NCBI GenBank assembly: GCA_964016885.1
Contig: OZ024749.1
Coordinates: 43,896,001 to 43,960,000, forward strand
Source: Eledone cirrhosa
Lineage: Eukaryota
Direction: 5' to 3'
Length of the DNA: 64,000 bases
The notes under the pieces were generated by a model. That model saw only the letters and a list, made by a program, of their open reading frames with translations. It made no database searches and was not told the origin of the DNA. Shown in pieces: positions 57,929 through 64,000 of this stretch. A program made the position numbers and the translations under genes. The stretch's first letter is position 1, and each line of letters starts with the position of its first letter.

Positions 57929-58208
57929 CTATATATTAATGCATATATTTGGAGATTCCTATCATAGTAACTAGGTCAAAGTCACGGTTTATATATATGT
58001 ATAGGTGGACTCACGAAAGGTACTCAATACGTTAGTAGAGTATAACCATCTTTATTTTATATACAATATATATATATATATATAACTGGTGTGAGATGCT
58101 TAAAGCGTCCGTATGCGGTAGGTCGTTTGAGCACTCGATGCTTTTACATAGCAGAGTATATCACACATATATATATATATATATATACCTACACCCACAT
58201 ATATATAG

Positions 58209-58274
<66 letters not shown>

Positions 58275-58447
58275 GATATTAATAAATGGAAACTATATTT
58301 ATAAAACCATATTTATTTCATTAAAAAAAAATAAATATAGTTTCCATTTATTAATATCGTATATCTACTCCAAATACTTGTCGAGTGCTTTATATCAGTT
58401 ATAAAAATATTTACTTGTTGTATCCCAACAATTTTAAATAGAACTTT

Positions 58448-58449
<2 letters not shown>

Positions 58450-58504
<55 letters not shown>

Positions 58505-58658
58505 CTACACCCACATATATATATAGACACACACACATATATATATATATACCTACACCCACATATATATAGACACACACATATATATACCTACACCCAC
58601 ATATATATAGACACACACACGTATATATATATATATACCTACACCCACATATATATAG

Positions 58659-58694
<36 letters not shown>

Positions 58695-59108
58695 ACACCC
58701 ACATATATATAGACACACACATATATATATACCTACACCCACATATATATAGACACACATATATATATACCTACACCACATATATATAGACACACACACG
58801 TATATATATATATACCTACACCCACACATATATATATACCTACACCCACATATATATAGACACACACACATATATATATATACCTACACCCACACGTATA
58901 TATATATACCTACACCCACATATATATAGACACACACATATATATATATAACCTACACCCACATATATATAGACACACACACGTATATATATACCTACAC
59001 CCACATATATATAGACACACACATATATATATATACCTACACCCACATATATATAGATACACACATATATATATATATATACCTACACCCACATATATCT
59101 GACAATTA

Positions 59109-59146
<38 letters not shown>
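58450..59146. repeat. Minisatellite (tacctacacccacatatatatagacacacaca)n
   Basis: About 15 units with variable TA/CA lengths. Confidence 0.92.
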
Positions 59147-59148
<2 letters not shown>

Positions 59149-59272
59149 TTGAAATTGCAGGAAAATCCTAAATGCAGAAAATATCTGTAAGAAGTCGATC
59201 ACTATAAATAACATAGAAAGATCGGGAAAAATACCTCTAGAGACAGGAAAAAGTGACAGCAGCCGCTGCGGA

Positions 59273-59369
<97 letters not shown>

Positions 59370-59835
59370 GTATGTATGTGTCTGTGTGTATATGTGCGTG
59401 TGTCTATATATAATTCACCGACCAAGAAGAGAGCTTGCTTGCTTGCCTTTTCGTTTCTATCAATAGTACTCGACAAAAATGTGTAATATTCCATCCATAC
59501 CACGTTACCGTTCAGACACAGAATAACAGCATTTTAGAATATGCATATATATATATATACATATATATATAAACGGAAAAAATGTAACGAAATTTCATTT
59601 CTCACTCTTAGTACGGCTGTTACTTAAATATAAGTATGTATACGTACATACATATATGTATACAGACGTACAGTAGTATGTATATATATATATACATGCA
59701 CACACATATATATAGGTACGTATGGATTCACCGAACATTTATTATAATGCCCGGTGTATTTGTAAACAAACACCCCGTATTAAGCCGTAGTGTCTAGCAA
59801 CCATCGTTGCTCTTTTGTTCAACACTGACAAAGGA

Positions 59836-59878
59836 ACGCTGTACTAGTTTCAAGCTTATTGGCTATCGTCAGCAACGT
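59836..59878 (-). ncRNA. Minimal type I hammerhead ribozyme, inverted copy
   Basis: The reverse complement reads acgttg-CTGACGA-T-AGC-caataa-GCT-T-GAAA-CTAG-TA-cagcgt, differing from the + copy only in loop II. Confidence 0.8.
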
Positions 59879-60206
59879 ATACCTTACAAACACACCGGGC
59901 ATTATAATAAATGTTCGGTGAATTCATACGTACATATATATATATGTGTGTGCATGTATCTATATATATATATACATACTACTGACTGTACGTCTGTATA
60001 TATATGTATGTACGTATACATACTTATATTTAAGTAACAGCCGTACTAAGAGTGAGAAATGAAATTTCGTTTCATTTTTTCCGTTTATCGTTTTCGGTGC
60101 GCCCGGCCGATTAACGCACGCGATATGCAAATTAGGCTGCTCAGCCATTAATATGCATAAGGAAAGTATATACTTTCAGACGTTCAATCATCTGGCATGA
60201 AGGTAT

Positions 60207-60249
60207 ACGTTGCTGACGATAGCTAATAAGCTTGAAACTAGTACAGCGT
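60207..60249 (+). ncRNA. Minimal type I hammerhead ribozyme (Penelope/retrozyme type)
   Basis: acgttg-CTGACGA-T-AGC-taataa-GCT-T-GAAA-CTAG-TA-cagcgt: 6-bp stem I, complete catalytic core, short stem II, palindromic stem III and a GUA cleavage triplet. Confidence 0.8.
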
Positions 60250-60289
60250 TTCTTTGTCAGTGTTGAACTCTTTGGAGTAACATTACTCG

Positions 60290-60575
60290 ATAGAGATCAG
60301 AGAGTTACTCCAGATAGAGCTGCTACTTCTCCAAATTGAGAGATCACAGCTCCGATACTATGGGCATGTGTCTAGCGATTCTCAGGAAAGAATCGCTAGA
60401 CAGATTTTACGGGCAAAACCAACTGGCAGGAGACCCCAGAGCAAGATGGTTGGATAACATCCATGAGCTCGGCTGGTCTCGCTTGGGGATCCAGCCAGAT
60501 CAGTTGAAGATAGTTGCTTCTGACAAGACCCACTGGAAGGAGTGTTTGAAGACTCTGGAATAAGTGGGCGAAGAA
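60290..60575 (+). mobile_element. Rex3/Expander-like RTE LINE 3' fragment
   Basis: Paralogous to 28315-28638 (WLDNIHELGWSRLGIQPDQL). Confidence 0.8.
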
Positions 60576-60589
60576 GATTATTATTTCAT

Positions 60590-61760
60590 TGCCAATAAAA
60601 AAGGGCAAATGGGTTAGGATTGATGATATTGAAATGCCTGATGGTGAATGTCACAAATTGAAGAAACAGGTGACAAATACTTGGGCATGTATCAGGATCC
60701 AGGAATTAGAACAGGCAAAAGGAAGGAAAAGATTGAAAAAAGAGTACATCAGGAGAGTGAGAAAATTGACCAAGTCAAAACTGTATGCAAGAAATTTAAC
60801 ATGTGGAATAAAACAATGGACTTTGAGAGCAGTGAGGTATAGTGATGGAATAGTTGATTGGACAAAACAAGACCTTGAAAGAATTGAAAGACACACCCTC
60901 AAGATCTTAACATGCAAAGGGTACTTACAAACTAGGCTTTACCTTAACCCTTTAGCATTTAAACCGGCCGTATCTGGCCAGAATTTTCTCACCTCTTTCT
61001 GTTCAAACCAGCCGTAATCAACCGCTCGTACCAATGTTAAGGTATTGTTCTCAAAATAACATCAAAATCTCATAGCTTTGATATTATGTGAGATATTTAT
61101 GTGAAATAAAGTGTTTACTGTGAAAATACACCAGTAAATATAGAGTAATGTAAATGCTAAAGGGTTAAGAGAAAGGAAGGTGGAAGAGGTTTAATTTCAG
61201 CCAAGCAGTGTGTACAGAGTGAGTGCAACAGCTTGTAGGACTCTCTAGAGAAGTTCTGAAGGAAAACTTTATAACAGAAAATCAAGAGAAGAAATCATTC
61301 AACAAAGCTTTTAGAGAGAAACAAGAACAGACATGGGAAAAAAAAGTGTTTTCATGGTAAATTTCCAGCTGCTATTAAAGACATTGCTGATCCTAGGTCA
61401 GGTTGGATTTTTAAAGAAAACATTAAGGCTATTATTAGTACTACACAAGGCCAGGCATTCAGGTCCAAACAGGTAAAGGCTAACATTTAATGGACTAAAT
61501 TTCTCCCTACTTTACAAAGTATGCCACAAAGCAGACGAATCTGTGACACATATGTAGATGTGAGTAATTATCAAAAAGATGTTATAAAATTCAGCATGGT
61601 CTCATTAGCAAAAACAGTCCATTGGGAGTTGTGCAAAAAATACAACACTGAAGCGCAATCAACATACTGCCCTAGAATCCTGCTTATCAGGTGAGATAGT
61701 AGAGTTATTTTGGAACCTCAAAATCAAGACCACAAATAAAGTCCAACACTTAATATTGTT
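60590..61760 (+). mobile_element. Degenerate R4/Dong-clade (REL-type) non-LTR retrotransposon fragment
   Basis: Motifs KYLG, EYIRRVRKLTKSKL..N, VRYSxGIVDWT, RLYLKRKEGGRGL, a CCHC remnant (KVCHKADESVTH) and VHWELCKKY, with frameshifts. Confidence 0.8.
60948..61164. mobile_element. piggyBac-type MITE inserted into an R4/Dong LINE ORF
   Basis: TTAA is duplicated on both sides; removing the element restores RLYLKRKEGGRGL. Confidence 0.92.
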
Positions 61761-62574
61761 GTAAAAACAAACAGCCACCCTCCCGAAATGGACCGATGTA
61801 TTGACCAGCATGGTAGAGGTTAAGTTACAACCTATTTCTAGTCTCAAAAACCCCGTTCAATCAGCCGTCCTCCTCAGAAGCACTCTATATTACCATCATC
61901 ATCATTTTACGTCCACTTTTTCCTGCTTGCAAGGGTGGGACGGGTCCTATTCAGCGCAACATCTCTCCACTTGTCATGGGCCTTCGTCATCTCCTCTGTG
62001 AGCTTCAGCGATCTGAGGTCTGCTCTCACCACCTCCACCCATGTTTTTCATGGTCTTCTACTGCGTCTTCCTTTTACTGGGATTTCTTGGCACTTCTTTA
62101 CCTAGTGGTCATCCTCCATGCGCATCACATGTCCATATCATCGCAGTCTTCTCTCCCACACACTACAACTTATCCCTCTTATACACACACACATAACTGC
62201 ATGGATTCCTGATGAGTATTGGGGAGAAGAGCACAATTGAAAATGGTACTCAATACGTTAATATACTATAGGTATCTTTATTTTATATAGAAATGACTTC
62301 TACAGAACTAGAACTGTTTTATTCATATGAAAACATTTTAAGTAATGCAAAAATGCCAACTTTGCTACAAGAGTGACACAGAAGAGCAGACATTACAAGG
62401 ACAAATTTATAAAGAGGTGGTGTGTGGGGGAGGGGGGGTCACACAGAATCAAAACTAATGGCAATAATGCAATCTTAAGTGAAATATTATCTTTTAGGGA
62501 AAAATCAATCAATAACACATGATTTAAACTTGGCATTTTTACATTTAAAAAAATACAAAATATATATTTACATA

Positions 62575-62649
62575 CAGTGTCCCAAAAAATGTATATACAC
62601 TTTGATTAGAATGCTGTTGAAGTTTGTATACATTTTTGGGGACACCCTG
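62575..62649. mobile_element. Tc1/mariner-type micro-MITE
   Basis: TA|CAGTGTCCCAAAAAATGTAT...ATACATTTTTGGGGACACCCTG|TA; a related copy lies at 56394-56477. Confidence 0.7.
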
Positions 62650-62681
62650 TATGTATATATATATATATATATATATATCAT

Positions 62682-62721
<40 letters not shown>

Positions 62722-64000
62722 CACACACAGATATATATATATTTATATATATATGCATATACATACCACCTGCTCCATATATATATCAAAATGCAATGTT
62801 TTTTACTCAATAGGTGAAAGGTTTATCAAGTGTTTCTGTGGTGGTTAACCTAAGGGACAATGAAAGTATTTCCAGTTTTTAGTTAAGGGTCCATGCTGAA
62901 TATATTTATATGCACACACACTCATATACACATGCACACACACACACACACACAATGAGTGTGTGGTGGAATACATATGTGGGTGAGTTTACAGATAATC
63001 TTTATAAGTGATATATATAAAGGCCAATAACAGTTTGAAATTAAGTTAAATCACCCATCCTGAAGATATATAATAATTAATAAAGGGGCTGGGAAGACCC
63101 TTAGTTGTGACAAAGACATGACAACCTCCCCTGTGCATTCAGTAGAATGTGAAACCGTACATAAGCAAGGCGACAGATCCCTAGCTTGTCTGGGAGATCA
63201 GTAGCCACTGCTTTAGTACTGACTTGTTTTATGTAGACCCGTCAAAACCTTACTAGCAGGGAAAGCAGACGTTAAAATGATGATGATGATAATGAATAAA
63301 AGTTTCATAATTTTCAAAAAGCCGATACAATGTAGTAAAAAAAATACAAAGGGCAAATGATGACAAATTATACAAAACAAAGTAATGTTTTACACAATAT
63401 ATTTCAACATGATATTTCATGGTTAATACCCTCTTTTCAAATGTAGAACTGAAACAGATTAAAACAAAACAAACAATCACAGTGTTCTTCCTTTGTTTTG
63501 TTTTATTTGTCATTTTCCCTTTGTATTTTTCTACAGCATTGTACTACTGGCTTTTTGAAAATTATCTGACTTTTATTACATATCTCACAATGCTTTGTAT
63601 TAACTACACTACTTCCTTTCTATATTTCATCTGCCTGTGATCCACCTTGTGGATTGTCTCTCTGTTGGCCACAGACTGCTGGTCTCTGTCCTCTGAGGCA
63701 TTTTTGCCCACCACTGTCTTTCACATCCGGTCAGAGTTCTCTCACCTCTTTCTGTTCAAACCGGCCATAATTGGCCACCCATACTAATGTTAAGGTATTA
63801 TTCTCAAAATAAATAACATCAAAATCTCCTAGATTTGATATTATGTGAGATAATTATTTAAGGTAAAGCCTTTACCACAAAAATACAATAGTATATATAG
63901 AGTAATGTAAATGCTAGAGGGGTTAACAGCTGTTCTAGCAATGAGTTTTTTTCATTTTTATATGTATATAATAATTGTTTCTACTTTTGGCACAAGGATT

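Larger units (their letters stand above)
59571..60268. mobile_element. Rearranged Penelope-like pseudo-LTR fragment with interleaved inverted repeats
   Basis: 59571-59765 is inverted at 59884-60087, and 59817-59885 is inverted at 60200-60268. The segment carries hammerheads, and part of an arm recurs at about 5865-5925. Confidence 0.55.

Overview
AT-rich, microsatellite-saturated eukaryotic (animal) DNA. The SINE/LINE repertoire is typical of octopod cephalopods (inferred). The only host gene I can support is the 5' part of a long-chain acyl-CoA synthetase (ACSL3/ACSL4 type) on the minus strand, with two coding exons (11059-11193, 9231-9446) and a candidate 5'-UTR exon. The rest is mobile DNA and derived repeats: a young 5'-truncated RTE LINE with a PHD finger inside its RT domain, fragments of Rex3/Expander-like, BovB-like, R4/Dong and CRE LINEs, two tRNA-derived SINE families, piggyBac/hAT/mariner MITEs, long hairpins and TE-derived minisatellites. 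The most striking non-coding signal is a pair of apparently intact minimal type I hammerhead ribozymes in opposite orientations inside interleaved inverted repeats (59571-60268), plus several degenerate hammerheads elsewhere, pointing to Penelope-like/retrozyme elements. Most listed ORFs are microsatellite artefacts. All assignments are by eye, without database searches.
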